Origin: Nitrosopumilaceae archaeon
GTDB lineage: Archaea; Thermoproteota; Nitrososphaeria; Nitrososphaerales; Nitrosopumilaceae
Length of the DNA stretch: 64,000 nucleotides
Assembly (NCBI GenBank): GCA_965208905.1
Contig: OZ242365.1
Span: 1,984,001 to 2,048,000, forward strand
Direction: 5' to 3'
Of the stretch, positions 49,861 through 60,463 are shown piece by piece; the first letter of the stretch is position 1, and every line of letters begins with the position of its first letter. Below the pieces are notes generated by a model, which was given only the letters and a program-made list of their open reading frames with translations, did not search any database and had not been told where the DNA came from. A program made the position numbers and the translations under genes.

Positions 49861-49970
49861 GGTTGTTGGGGTTCTGTAACCCGTCAGTCCCGCATACGGC
49901 TGCAACAGCGGCCAAATTTAGAACAGACGGTCTGGTGGAACTTATATTCAGCAGATAAGGATGACTGAGT

Positions 49971-50222
49971 GTGAGCGATGCAGTTACGGTAGATGATGAG
50001 GGGCCAAAGATCAAACCCGAACTGATGGAGCCAGAGCAAATATACCACTGCATATACAAAGATGTCATTCTATTATTCTTTGTAGATGAGCAGAAATTTT
50101 TAAACTGTTACGAGATAGCCGAGCCGGTTTTGGTCGAAAAGGTAAAGAATAGTGATACAGTGAACATAGAAGAGATGCTCAAAGAGTATTGCAATGCGCT
50201 GAAAAAAGATGCTCACAAATAG
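49971..50222 (+). CDS. small hypothetical protein
   Basis: Clean ORF with protein-like composition (YHCIYKDVILLFF...LNCYEI). Confidence 0.7.
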   Translation: MSDAVTVDDEGPKIKPELMEPEQIYHCIYKDVILLFFVDEQKFLNCYEIAEPVLVEKVKNSDTVNIEEMLKEYCNALKKDAHK

Positions 50223-50581
50223 TGGATTCTTGTGTGTATATGATACTCTTCCTCATATTTGGTTAAAAACCCACAGTGTGGGCACGAAAACATGCCCGGA
50301 TCCGACTTAGAACCACGCTCCAATCTCTTACCGGCAATGGATCTTATGAAGATTTCATTCTGTACAGGAACGACATCAAAGTTATGAATCTCTCCCAGTG
50401 ATTCTAGATATTCACGTATTGCGGTCACCGCCAAATCTTTGTCGATGGGTTCATCATCCACAGGAGAGAGTATAAATTCAGATGTCTTTAGTGTGGGAAT
50501 GGCACCTATCTGATCAGAGACATATACTGCCAGCTCATGCCGTATGGACTTGACATCATCACAGTGTATAGTCAGCATCAT
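50213..50581 (-). CDS. C2H2 zinc finger protein
   Basis: FSCPHCGF...HTRIH at the C-terminus. Confidence 0.85.
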   Translation of the reverse strand: MMLTIHCDDVKSIRHELAVYVSDQIGAIPTLKTSEFILSPVDDEPIDKDLAVTAIREYLESLGEIHNFDVVPVQNEIFIRSIAGKRLERGSKSDPGMFSCPHCGFLTKYEEEYHIHTRIHYL

Positions 50582-50624
50582 ACTACAATGGTTTACAATC
50601 AGCTAATTAATGCTTGCAAGATTA

Positions 50625-50794
50625 GATTCGCGTGCAAATGCAGGTGTTTTGCGCCTGGATGCGGAGAGGTCTTGTGTCAGATCCCCTGTGAACCATCAAG
50701 CATCTACCGGAGAACGGGATGCTCCATGTACAGTCGTTCTCTGGTGTGACATGTAAGGTGCGCGTCGGGAAATACCCGCGTTTGCACAAGAACC
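50625..50794. repeat. rod-like palindromic element (170 bp), MITE-like or structured ncRNA
   Basis: Nested helices GTGCAAATGCAGGTGTTTT/GAAATACCCGCGTTTGCAC, GCGCCT/AGGTGC, CCGGAGAACG/CGTTCTCTGG; right-end reverse complement GGTTCTTGTGCAAAC. Confidence 0.6.
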
Positions 50795-51026
50795 TTGGTT
50801 CAGTATACGATTATTTGTTATAGTTTATTCGGTTTTACTATAATAATGACGGGTATTATTGTAGCGCAGTATAACAAGACAATTACAAATTATAGAAAAC
50901 CGCCACATACTATAACAACAAAGACACTCAAGATGCAGAGCTACATATCTGCATGTAACATGTCAAGCCATAAGAACCCAAGATTACCGCCAATAGGTTA
51001 TATTTCACAACCATGACACTTCAATA

Positions 51027-52643
51027 ATGTTTGTTGAGAACTTCCGCCAGGGTGTCACACCCAGAGAGGGCCAAAAGTACATACTAAGCCAGATAGAGTC
51101 CCTGATCAAGTCCGGTCATACCCAGATTATAATATCAGCCCCCACAGGAATAGGTAAGAGTCACGTAGCAAAAGCCATAGCTGACACACTAGGCGAGGCA
51201 TTCATTATAACATCAACAAAACTACTACAAGACCAATACAAGAGCGACTTTATAGAATTAAAGTCTATAAAAGGCAAGTCCAACTTTGAGTGCCGCCAGC
51301 TCATGGAAAAGAGTCACATAGAGGACAAAGCCCGGGCACTTTTGAAGGGTCTGACTTGTGATAAAGGAAGATGTATCATAAAGGAGAATGGTAAAATAGT
51401 ATCAAGTTGCGAGTACAGGGAGCCTCGAGGTGATGGCAAGCAATGTGTATACTATAAACAGAAGGATGCAGGGCTGGCATACAACCAAACTATACTGAAT
51501 TATGCAATGTACTTTTATCTAAAGGCATACCAGTCGGATCTGCCAGGAGTAGATCGAAGGGTCATAATATTTGATGAAGCCCACACCATAGAGAACGAGG
51601 TTGTTCGGTTCATAGGGTATGATGTTTGGGGAAGTTATCTGATGGAGACCGGCCTTGATCAAAAAAATTTTGAGTTGGAGAGTATAGACGGTATGCTAGA
51701 CCTGCTAGAATCCCTACAGGTCGGATACAAAGATATGCTGCAACAAAACTCCAAGCCTAACACTCCAAAAGAGATAATGGCACAAAAACGTATGGAACAG
51801 CGACTTGATGGAATAGTTGCCGCCAGTAGGGAGATACGAACAAACTCTCAGAACTTTATAATGCAGGAGCCCGAGTTTGACAATCAAGGGTCGTTGCGGC
51901 GCGTCTCGGTCGCACCCCTGGACATATCCAGATATACAAAGGAGTTGTTCGACTCAGAGATACAAGTGTACATGTCAGCCACAATAGACAAAAAGAACTT
52001 TTCAAGGATTATGGGCTTTCAGGACTGTGGATTTATCGATGTACCAAAATCCCCGTTTCTGCCACAGAATCGTCGTATTGGATTTAATAACGTGGCCCGT
52101 CTGAGTAGCAGGTCTCCTGAATCTGATGATGTTGCAGTTGCCAAGGTAATAGACTCGATAATGGGTATGCATCCAGACTCCCGTGGGCTCATACTAACAT
52201 CTTCAAAGTATAGATGTCATAGTCTGCAGAAGCGGCTCAGCCCTGGGCAGGCCCGGCGCATACAGCTGGCACACAGCAAAAACGAAGACAACTCCACCAT
52301 AGATGAGGTACTAAAGTATCATTCTGAGATACCCAATGGAGTCTTGTTGTCATCTTCCCTCTGGCAGGGCATTGATCTCAAGGGAGACTTGTCCAGATTC
52401 CAGATTATAGAGAAATGTCCCTACCCATATCTAGGAGATAGACGTGTCAAGGCCAAGACCCGGGCAAATAGAAGTTGGTACATATATCAGACCATAATAA
52501 AATTACTGCAGGGGTTTGGAAGGAGTGTCCGAGATAGTGATGATTATGCCACCACATATGTGATGGACTCATCTGTGCAGTCACTGTTAAATCAGAACAA
52601 AGACATGATACCTGCTGCATACCATGATGTTTTGTTCTCATAG
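51027..52643 (+). CDS. DinG/XPD(Rad3)-family helicase
   Basis: APTGIGKS, KGKSNFEC plus further Cys, DEAH, MSAT, WQGIDL, QGFGRSVR. Confidence 0.92.
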   Translation: MFVENFRQGVTPREGQKYILSQIESLIKSGHTQIIISAPTGIGKSHVAKAIADTLGEAFIITSTKLLQDQYKSDFIELKSIKGKSNFECRQLMEKSHIEDKARALLKGLTCDKGRCIIKENGKIVSSCEYREPRGDGKQCVYYKQKDAGLAYNQTILNYAMYFYLKAYQSDLPGVDRRVIIFDEAHTIENEVVRFIGYDVWGSYLMETGLDQKNFELESIDGMLDLLESLQVGYKDMLQQNSKPNTPKEIMAQKRMEQRLDGIVAASREIRTNSQNFIMQEPEFDNQGSLRRVSVAPLDISRYTKELFDSEIQVYMSATIDKKNFSRIMGFQDCGFIDVPKSPFLPQNRRIGFNNVARLSSRSPESDDVAVAKVIDSIMGMHPDSRGLILTSSKYRCHSLQKRLSPGQARRIQLAHSKNEDNSTIDEVLKYHSEIPNGVLLSSSLWQGIDLKGDLSRFQIIEKCPYPYLGDRRVKAKTRANRSWYIYQTIIKLLQGFGRSVRDSDDYATTYVMDSSVQSLLNQNKDMIPAAYHDVLFS

Positions 52644-52842
52644 TGGACGATTTAGTGTTATTATCTGCGCAACACTTGGTTCTAGTTTGCCATTACATAG
52701 TATTTGCATTCGTACCTCAATATAGCGTGATTAATTATGGTAAAAATGCCAATAAAATTGGGCAATTATTGTCCAAGCATATAGGTTTAACGTGATACTC
52801 ACTTTGTGCCTAATATACAAAGATTACTGTCGAGTATTATAA

Positions 52843-53028
52843 TTATAAAGGATAATGTATCTTGCAGAAAAATCCGTTGGTGCCATCAGGCATTGCTCGT
52901 GCAGATACTCTAAATCCATCCTCGGGTCCACGTCCACAGTGTTGGCACTCAGCAGGCCTGACTTTGGTGTATACCACAGGCTTGTACATGTAGAATAGTG
53001 AGGACTTTGGGTCACTACGTTTTCGCAT
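52843..53028 (-). CDS. small Zn-binding protein (CxxC...CxxH)
   Basis: CQHC and FFCKIH; TATA-like TTTATAAA upstream. Confidence 0.65.
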   Translation of the reverse strand: MRKRSDPKSSLFYMYKPVVYTKVRPAECQHCGRGPEDGFRVSARAMPDGTNGFFCKIHYPL

Positions 53029-53190
53029 AGTAATACTAGGAGGTAATGCTTTATAAATGTACCGTACCATACATCTTAATACGTATCAATACGCCATTAG
53101 TATGTACTAGATACAATTCTTTTAGTTTAAATTTGGAGTGTGGACTCATCTCCCCATTGACGCGTAGAGGTTGTGAGGCGGAGTAGTCTT

Positions 53191-53985
53191 ATGGACATTA
53201 TAAAGCAGGGGTCTCCGGTCTTGTTTCAGTATAATCAGACCAAAAAGTGGCTCACCACAATATCCGGAGATGATGTACTACATACGCATATAGGCATAAT
53301 ACGGCACGCAGATGCCATAGGAAGAAAGTATGGTTCGCGTATAACAACCAATAAGGAAAAGTACGTCTACGTATTGAAGCCTACAACATACGACTATATC
53401 ATGAAGATACAACATGGTACACAGATAGTATACCCCAAGGATATAGGATACATATTGGCCCGATCAGGCCTGCAGAGCGGTCAGACGGTAGTGGAAATAG
53501 GTACAGGTAGTGGTGCCCTTACAACAGCCCTGGCAGGAGTAGTTAGGCCTCGAGGACGCGTACATACATTTGATGTAGATGACAGATTCATCAAGATTGC
53601 AGAGAAGAATATACGTCGAGCTGGTCTACAAAAGTACATAATACAAGAGAATAGAGACATCCGAGACTCAGACGATGTATCCATACAGGATGCGGATTTG
53701 GCGATTATAGATTTGGGGGATCCTTGGAGTGTAATACCGCAGGTCAGACGCATGCTAAAAGGAAGTGGTTCTGTCTTTGCCGTATGTCCCACTATGAACC
53801 AGTTGGAGAAGCTTGTGGGCACACTGACACAAAATCAGTTTACAGATATAGAGTGCTCTGAGAGGATACTACGTACCATAGAGGCCCGGGAGGGAAAGAC
53901 GCGACACTCATTTCAGGGAATAGGACATACTGCATACTTGTGTTATGCAAGAAAGGCATACTTTGATGATTCTCCAGAAGAGTGA
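53191..53985 (+). CDS. trmI: tRNA (adenine-N1)-methyltransferase TrmI/Trm61
   Basis: TQIVYPKD, EIGTGSGALT, DLGDPW, GHTAYL. Confidence 0.95.
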   Translation: MDIIKQGSPVLFQYNQTKKWLTTISGDDVLHTHIGIIRHADAIGRKYGSRITTNKEKYVYVLKPTTYDYIMKIQHGTQIVYPKDIGYILARSGLQSGQTVVEIGTGSGALTTALAGVVRPRGRVHTFDVDDRFIKIAEKNIRRAGLQKYIIQENRDIRDSDDVSIQDADLAIIDLGDPWSVIPQVRRMLKGSGSVFAVCPTMNQLEKLVGTLTQNQFTDIECSERILRTIEAREGKTRHSFQGIGHTAYLCYARKAYFDDSPEE

Positions 53986-54059
53986 GTATCCAAGGTGTAT
54001 CAGTCATAGGCATGCAGCACACCTAAAACGCTATAAATCCTTAAGGGTGCACAAGGTAC

Positions 54060-54920
54060 ATGGTGATACAAAACATAACATCAGATATGGTGAGTGGGTT
54101 CATACCGCCTCGTCACATAAACTCCCGTAAAGGACAGAATGGGAAGGTTCTGATTGTAGGCGGGAGTCGCATATACCACGGTGCTCCCATACTAGCATCA
54201 TTGGCTGCCCTAAGAACCGGTATAGACTTGGCATATGCAGCCGTACCAAAAAACATAGTAGATGCAGTACGTGCCGCCTCGTGTGACATAATAGTAATGC
54301 CGTTGGTCGACCAAAAACTCACCCGGGGCGCAGCAATCAAACTATCTAAAACCATACCACTGGGGGTTGATGTGGCGGCAATCGGTATGGGGTTGGAGTT
54401 TACCGAAGGTCTGCCCATATTATTACGACAGTTACGCGACATGAATGTGAGAGTTGTACTAGACGCAGGAGCCCTCAAACCAGATATAGTTGATGAGGTG
54501 CACGATACAGACTGCATACTGACACCGCATGCCGGCGAGTTTTACAGATTATTCAAAGAGACACCACCAGACAACTTGACAGAACGTGCCAAAATGGTAA
54601 GTCAGATGTCAACAAAGTGTGGTGCCACCATACTACTCAAGGGAAGTACAGATGTGATATCAGATGGCACACATACATTATACAATACAGGTAGAGTTCC
54701 AGCAATGACGGCAGGTGGTACCGGAGATGTATTGTGTGGCGTGACGGCAGGCATATTTGCCAAAAACCGTAAAGGTATAGAGGCCGCCAGTACAGCAGCA
54801 TACATAAACAAGCAGGTTGGAATGCTGGCGCAGTACGACTTGGGTTTGCATGTTATAGCATCAGACATGATACAGTATATACCCAAAGTTATGAAGGGCT
54901 TTGATCATACATCTGGGTGA
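54060..54920 (+). CDS. nnrD: NAD(P)H-hydrate dehydratase
   Basis: KGQNGKVLIVGGS, GAP, DAGAL, LTPHAGEF, GGTGDVL. Confidence 0.95.
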   Translation: MVIQNITSDMVSGFIPPRHINSRKGQNGKVLIVGGSRIYHGAPILASLAALRTGIDLAYAAVPKNIVDAVRAASCDIIVMPLVDQKLTRGAAIKLSKTIPLGVDVAAIGMGLEFTEGLPILLRQLRDMNVRVVLDAGALKPDIVDEVHDTDCILTPHAGEFYRLFKETPPDNLTERAKMVSQMSTKCGATILLKGSTDVISDGTHTLYNTGRVPAMTAGGTGDVLCGVTAGIFAKNRKGIEAASTAAYINKQVGMLAQYDLGLHVIASDMIQYIPKVMKGFDHTSG

Positions 54921-56242
54921 TCATACTGAATACAATAAACAGATACAGAATGATACAGACTCTGCAAAGTCTGATAAGACAGCCTAGCGTGTCAGCGACC
55001 GGTGAGGGAATAGAAGAGTGTGCCAATCTGGTACATAACACATTACAGGAGAACGGCATAGACTCCAAAATGCTACACATGGAAGGCCATGCTCCCCTCA
55101 TATACGGCGAAATAAACAAGGGTCTCCCAAGAACAGTACTATTCTACAACCACTATGACGTACAACCTGCAGAGCCATTAGATATGTGGGAGCATCCCCC
55201 CTTTGGTGGCAACATACACGACAACAAAGTATATGGGCGGGGCGCCACTGACGACAAGGGGGAGCTGGTAGCACGTATCGAGGCTGTACGTTCCCTGGCC
55301 GAATCAGATGGCTTACAATATAACGTAAAGTTTGCCATTGAGGGTGAGGAAGAGAATGGCAGTAGAGGCATACCATCATACCTAAAGAAATATGGAAAGA
55401 TGCTAAAGTGTGATGGCATAGTGTGGGAGTTTGGTTATGTGGACAACAACGACACTCCAATAGTCGGACTTGGCATGAAAGGCATGCTATACGTTACATT
55501 GAAGGCGCAGGGGCCCAAACGCGACATCCATTCTGGTATGGCGCCAATAATACAGAATCCCATCTGGCGATTGGTGGGAGCACTATCTGTATTGGCTACT
55601 CCGGATGGCCGCATTACAATACCTGACTGGTACAAGCATGCCCAACCCTTCTCTCAAGATGAAATCGATATAATAAACATGATGCCGTTTGATGAGGGTA
55701 CCATCAAGGAGGAGTTTGGAGTGTCGGGGTTTGTTCAGGATGTAAATACAGAGTCCGTCAAGCAAGATTTGACCAAGGTGGCCACATGTAACATAGCCGG
55801 TATAATATCTGGTTATACGGGAGATGGTACAAAGACCATACTGCCGTCTGTGGCTACTGCCAAACTAGATCTGCGTCTTTTGCCCGGTATGGTTCCATCT
55901 GTACAATCACGTATGCTACAAGAGTATCTGCATGTACGTGGATTTGGCGACATATCAATAAGTACAGAGCATGGTCAGCAGGGCATAAGAGCATCGCCAT
56001 CACATACCTTTGTACAGGCAGTCCGCAAGGCAGTGGATGCTGCGTATGGCAGACATATACTAAATGTCATGTATCCAGAGACCGGGCCCATATGGCAGTT
56101 TTCAAATGCACTCAATGCGCCCTGTGTTTTGGTAGGAGGTACCCACATACACTCTCACATGCATTCGCCAAATGAGTTTGCCCGCATAGACTTGCTGGAG
56201 AAGACTGCGAGTACCATGATGCATCTACTAAATTCAGTCTGA
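54917..56242 (+). CDS. M20 family metallopeptidase/deacylase
   Basis: YNHYDVQP, GRGATDDKG, EGEEENGS, HSPNE. Confidence 0.93.
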   Translation: MIILNTINRYRMIQTLQSLIRQPSVSATGEGIEECANLVHNTLQENGIDSKMLHMEGHAPLIYGEINKGLPRTVLFYNHYDVQPAEPLDMWEHPPFGGNIHDNKVYGRGATDDKGELVARIEAVRSLAESDGLQYNVKFAIEGEEENGSRGIPSYLKKYGKMLKCDGIVWEFGYVDNNDTPIVGLGMKGMLYVTLKAQGPKRDIHSGMAPIIQNPIWRLVGALSVLATPDGRITIPDWYKHAQPFSQDEIDIINMMPFDEGTIKEEFGVSGFVQDVNTESVKQDLTKVATCNIAGIISGYTGDGTKTILPSVATAKLDLRLLPGMVPSVQSRMLQEYLHVRGFGDISISTEHGQQGIRASPSHTFVQAVRKAVDAAYGRHILNVMYPETGPIWQFSNALNAPCVLVGGTHIHSHMHSPNEFARIDLLEKTASTMMHLLNSV

Positions 56243-56248
56243 AAATAT

Positions 56249-56671
56249 CTAATGCAGGAATCTTGGAATCCTACCAACTATATGAGATAGCGATATTCGT
56301 CCAGGGCCCATTACTATCACTAGTAGAGCAGCGGCTAGCAATATTATGTCAAACTCCGTACTAGGTCCTTCCCTACTAGAGAACGCCTGCGCACCCTTTA
56401 TCAAGAATATTGCACCTAGCATGTATATCGATAGTAAGCTTGATGAAATACGTGTCAAAACTCCTATCAGTAACAACACTCCTGGTACCACTTCGCCCAA
56501 AGCTATTGGTATCTGCATCGCTGCTGGCGCACCAAAAGACTCCATAAAGCCGGCAAATCCAGGAGAGAATTTTCCGTAACCGTGAACTATAAAGACAACA
56601 CCGAGTGTGGCTCGAATGCCCATCATCACGACATCCGATAGTATTCCTGAACGTAATTCTGCCGTACCCAT
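56249..56671 (-). CDS. DoxX family membrane protein
   Basis: RATLGVVFIVHGYGK, GPGRISL. Confidence 0.92.
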   Translation of the reverse strand: MGTAELRSGILSDVVMMGIRATLGVVFIVHGYGKFSPGFAGFMESFGAPAAMQIPIALGEVVPGVLLLIGVLTRISSSLLSIYMLGAIFLIKGAQAFSSREGPSTEFDIILLAAALLVIVMGPGRISLSHIVGRIPRFLH

Positions 56672-56791
56672 AACCCTATACTCTACCTATCTAGTATAAT
56701 TATGTTATCACATATGGTCGGCTACCAGCGATCGGGTTCTGTCACCCATAAATGAGAACGGCTACGCGGCTCATCATCTGTAGTCGGGGCG

Positions 56792-57739
56792 CTATACTGT
56801 GCTCGGCTCGCCCATCTTGGTCGATTTCTTTGGCTGCACCGGAACTGCCGTGGCGGGCGTCTCGTTGACTATGATGGTGGGTATCTGGTTGTCGGGAGCT
56901 ATCACGAACTTGGTGCCTTCTCTTAGCGCCTCCTCGGTGACGCGCAGTCTCTCCAACATCTGCGCGTTGCCGGTGAAGTGCTCGTCGGCGGCGTCGTTGA
57001 CCAGTTGTATCTCCTTGGCCTTGGCCTCGGCTACGGTGGTTATCGCCTTGGCCTCCCCCTCCGCTATCTTTATTGCGGCGCGCTTCTCGCCGTCTGCCTT
57101 GGTCTCGGCGGCCGTGGCAAAATCCAATGCTGCCTGCTTCTCATTCTCAGCCTTGATGACCATGTTCATGGCATCTTGGACGTCCTCCGGCGGCCGAACC
57201 TCTTTTAGTTCGACCCGGACTATTCCTATCCCCCAGTTCTTGGTCTCCTCGGTCATGCTTTTGTGTATGGCCTTGTTCAGGCCGGCCCTGTTGGAGTTGA
57301 CCTGCTTAAAGTCAGTCCGCCCTATCTCGTTCCGCAGCGTGGTGCGCGCCAGCTCCACCACCTGTCTATAATAGTTGTTCACATTGTAGAGCGCGGCTTT
57401 TAGATCCTCCTCTCTCACCCTCTTCAAAAGATCTGCCTGGGCATCATCGTCGGACTTGCCAACGCGGAAATAGACCTGCGCATCAACTGTACAGTTCAGG
57501 TTGTCCTTGGTTATCACGTCCTGTTTTGTAACGTCAACGAGCTGCTCGGTCACGTTCACCTTGTAGAGTTTTTGGATTGCGGGGAACACGTACGTAATGC
57601 CGTAGCGCCGGAATCCCGAGAAGCGGCCCAGTGTCTCTATGGCACCGACATGCGTCGGCCGAATGACGCGTATGCCTGCTAGGACTACTATCGCCGCGAT
57701 AACGCCGACAACTATAAGTGCTATATCTCCTTCAGTCAC
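56792..57739 (-). CDS. SPFH/band 7 (stomatin-like) protein
   Basis: QDVITKDN, TTLRNEIG, WGIGIVRVELK, AEGEAKAI; visibly GC-richer than neighbours. Confidence 0.93.
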   Translation of the reverse strand: MTEGDIALIVVGVIAAIVVLAGIRVIRPTHVGAIETLGRFSGFRRYGITYVFPAIQKLYKVNVTEQLVDVTKQDVITKDNLNCTVDAQVYFRVGKSDDDAQADLLKRVREEDLKAALYNVNNYYRQVVELARTTLRNEIGRTDFKQVNSNRAGLNKAIHKSMTEETKNWGIGIVRVELKEVRPPEDVQDAMNMVIKAENEKQAALDFATAAETKADGEKRAAIKIAEGEAKAITTVAEAKAKEIQLVNDAADEHFTGNAQMLERLRVTEEALREGTKFVIAPDNQIPTIIVNETPATAVPVQPKKSTKMGEPSTV

Positions 57740-57777
57740 GCTTTATCAGTAGTTATTGTATAATTTAAGTCTAATTT

Positions 57778-57890
57778 GGTTGGCCCCTCACAAAGGCGGG
57801 TGATGAATCGGACGATTTGTCACTACGATCTTAAACACTCTGCCGGATCGGCAGGTGTGGGACGCAAGAACCATCACCAAGTTTGCTCAC
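57778..57890. repeat. shortened copy of the MITE-like family, inverted relative to 16176-16340
   Basis: GGTGATG/CATCACC terminal helix followed by AAGTTTG; reverse complement ATCCGGCAGAGTGTTTAAGA matches ATCCGACAGACTGCTTGGGA (16240-16259) at 15/20. Confidence 0.55.
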
Positions 57891-57966
57891 CGTTGATGGT
57901 ATTTTGGCGCACAACAACCAAATTGTATGGCTCATCATGCATCAAGCATAACATTGATCAGTTATT

Positions 57967-59187
57967 CTATCTTGAATTTGTATCTTCCCGCTCATAATAG
58001 CTACGGGTCTGTTGATAATCAGAGTCATCTCGCAGCTGAGCCTCACCTCTATTGGTTTGATATCCGCCAGATGCTGCACTAGTCTGATATCCCACTAAAT
58101 TAGCTGGATCTATGCCCTGTTGACCCTTTGCCTCATTCTTTAGCGTACGATTACTGATTATAAAGAATGCAACACCTCCTACGGCAGCCAAGCCAGCCAT
58201 ACCGTATATTATAACGACTGGAAAGTTCCCAGTAGATGTCGTTGCAAAGTCATCAGGTGCAGTAGGAGTAACTCCTATAATCTCTACCCCCTCTAGCCTA
58301 TCAATAGCCCCAAATCCCAAGGCGTGGAGATTGGCTTGATCTGCTGATTGCACAGCTCGAAGATCAAATGATATTGAGCCTGGTATGTCCGGATGTGTAT
58401 TGCCAGTAACAGAAGCATGCCATTCCGTCTCTATCTGCCTGCCCTCACGAATGCTACTCTCACCCATCGTCCAAGACGAGCGAACTTGGCCTGCCAGCTC
58501 ATCAGATATTCCATACAGATTAGCATCAGCGTTTATTCCAGTCGGGTCGAATAGAAAGTGCCAATTCTCTAGTGGCTGTTCCAGTATAAAGTCTGCGTTT
58601 ATCATTGGCACAGATAGTATATCACCAGCTTCAGTATTTTGAACTAAATCATACAGTACAGGTTCATTCTCCTGTAGCATGTTTAATGGAATATTAACAT
58701 CTACGCCATCAATTACAATAGACTCATCTGTACTGAGTCCGCGCCACCCCATATCTATCAGTGTGCGAACCTGATCCCGTGTAATCACATAATTCGCAAT
58801 GTATCCTTCTAGTTGCACCTTAAAGTCCAATGATGTGTTGACATTGCGCCCTGTCAACTGAAACTTGTACGATACTGTCAGGTCATCAACCGAAGATATT
58901 GCGCCATCATTACGTATACTTTCATTCAGACTGTCTTGCAGATGCTGCACTGCTGGATCATCAAGGTCAGCAAACCCCTCTAGAACCCACGAATTTGTCT
59001 GCATGAACTCAGACAGTGAACTGCCAGCTGGATATTCTATAAATGCGGTTCTCTGATATGTAATCTTAAATGGAGATGAATCTGTGTCAGGGTTCAGTAT
59101 AGCTTCCAACTGCGCCCCCATGGCAGGTGCCATGGTACCACCAACAATAAGTCCCGCCAACAGAATGGTGCAGACATAAAGTTGCAT
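57967..59187 (-). CDS. hypothetical secreted protein with C-terminal TM anchor
   Basis: Signal peptide MQLYVCTILLAG...; TM VVIIYGMAGLAAVGGVAFFII. Confidence 0.8.
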   Translation of the reverse strand: MQLYVCTILLAGLIVGGTMAPAMGAQLEAILNPDTDSSPFKITYQRTAFIEYPAGSSLSEFMQTNSWVLEGFADLDDPAVQHLQDSLNESIRNDGAISSVDDLTVSYKFQLTGRNVNTSLDFKVQLEGYIANYVITRDQVRTLIDMGWRGLSTDESIVIDGVDVNIPLNMLQENEPVLYDLVQNTEAGDILSVPMINADFILEQPLENWHFLFDPTGINADANLYGISDELAGQVRSSWTMGESSIREGRQIETEWHASVTGNTHPDIPGSISFDLRAVQSADQANLHALGFGAIDRLEGVEIIGVTPTAPDDFATTSTGNFPVVIIYGMAGLAAVGGVAFFIISNRTLKNEAKGQQGIDPANLVGYQTSAASGGYQTNRGEAQLRDDSDYQQTRSYYEREDTNSR

Positions 59188-59354
59188 AATTTCATTTATG
59201 GTTATGGGGTAATAAACCTTCAGTGTAATTAGGATTAAAACCACAGTAAATTTCACCTGTACGCAAAATTACGGGGCATGTTGTTGCCATTCTGTTATGG
59301 AAATAGCATATCATGATATGACTTAAATCGCCTTGTATCATGAGTATATACATA

Positions 59355-60251
59355 ATGAAGCAAGATTCCTATGTGCAGGCAGGCAAGGTTGCTGGTGAAG
59401 TACGCGAGATGGTACGAAGTCGGGACTGGACAGGCAAGACCGTATATGACATATGTGAATGGGTCGAAGATCAAATCAGGACCAGAGGTGCAAAGTGCGC
59501 CTTTCCTGTAAACACCAGCATAAATGAGATTGCTGCCCATTATACGGCAGAGCCGGACGATACACTCACAGTAAAGAGTGGAGATGTACTAAAAGTGGAC
59601 CTAGGAGCTCACATAGATGGATACATAGCAGATACTGCCGTGACAATATCGTTTAACGACAAACACGACACTCTAGTACAGACTGCCGAGTTGGCCCTGC
59701 AGAAGGCCATGAGCTTGTGCTCAGCAGGTACCAAAGCCAGCAATATAGGTAAAGCCATAGAACGAGTGATTAAGAGTGCGGGATTCAAACCCATAGCAAA
59801 TCTAAGTGGTCACTCATTGGACAGATATACAATTCATGCCGGCAAGACAATCCCAAACATATGGTCGTTTGGAGGATTTTCGTTGTCAGAGGAATCTGCC
59901 TATGCATGCGAACCCTTCTGTACCTATTCTGATGGCGGGGGCTTTGTCAGAAATGAAAAGACAAAGAATATTTTTGCCCTGGTTAACCGTAAGAGAACAA
60001 AGAATGATGAGGCCGACAGTATGGCTCAATACATATGGGATAACTTTAATTCGCTTCCCTTTGCCCTGCGTTGGCTCACAAAAGAGTTTGGTGACAATGC
60101 CCGACAAACATTAGACTTTCTGGTGAGCAAGAAGGTTGTAAAGGCGTATGCCGTGTTAGTAGAGGTTCATGGTAAGGTGGTTGCGCAGGCAGAACACACG
60201 TTCATACCACAGACGGACGGCCCCCTAATAACCACATATGCGAACAAATAG
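59355..60251 (+). CDS. map: type II methionine aminopeptidase
   Basis: AAHYT, KVDLGAHIDGYIADTA, NLSGH, IHAG, EPF, QAEHT. Confidence 0.97.
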   Translation: MKQDSYVQAGKVAGEVREMVRSRDWTGKTVYDICEWVEDQIRTRGAKCAFPVNTSINEIAAHYTAEPDDTLTVKSGDVLKVDLGAHIDGYIADTAVTISFNDKHDTLVQTAELALQKAMSLCSAGTKASNIGKAIERVIKSAGFKPIANLSGHSLDRYTIHAGKTIPNIWSFGGFSLSEESAYACEPFCTYSDGGGFVRNEKTKNIFALVNRKRTKNDEADSMAQYIWDNFNSLPFALRWLTKEFGDNARQTLDFLVSKKVVKAYAVLVEVHGKVVAQAEHTFIPQTDGPLITTYANK

Positions 60252-60463
60252 ACATACCATCATTACTGCCTAGTGTAATGTACATTATTGCACTATTTCC
60301 TCTTGCCCGAATATACCATATATCACTGCTTTGCCGTCACACTTTGCACAGTCAAATCTCTTGTACACGTAATCACCTGAAACAAACCGCTCTTTGTTGT
60401 CTGTTTCGCAGGAGTCACAACGCGACACAGTATACACTACTGTTATACGCTTCTTTTGAAACA

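Noticed and set aside
51027-52643. Type IV CRISPR-associated DinG
   Set aside because: Housekeeping context; no csf/cas genes or array nearby.
56715-56790. Box C/D sRNA on the minus strand (ATGATGA with a terminal stem)
   Set aside because: No canonical CTGA D box, and guide complementarity cannot be verified.
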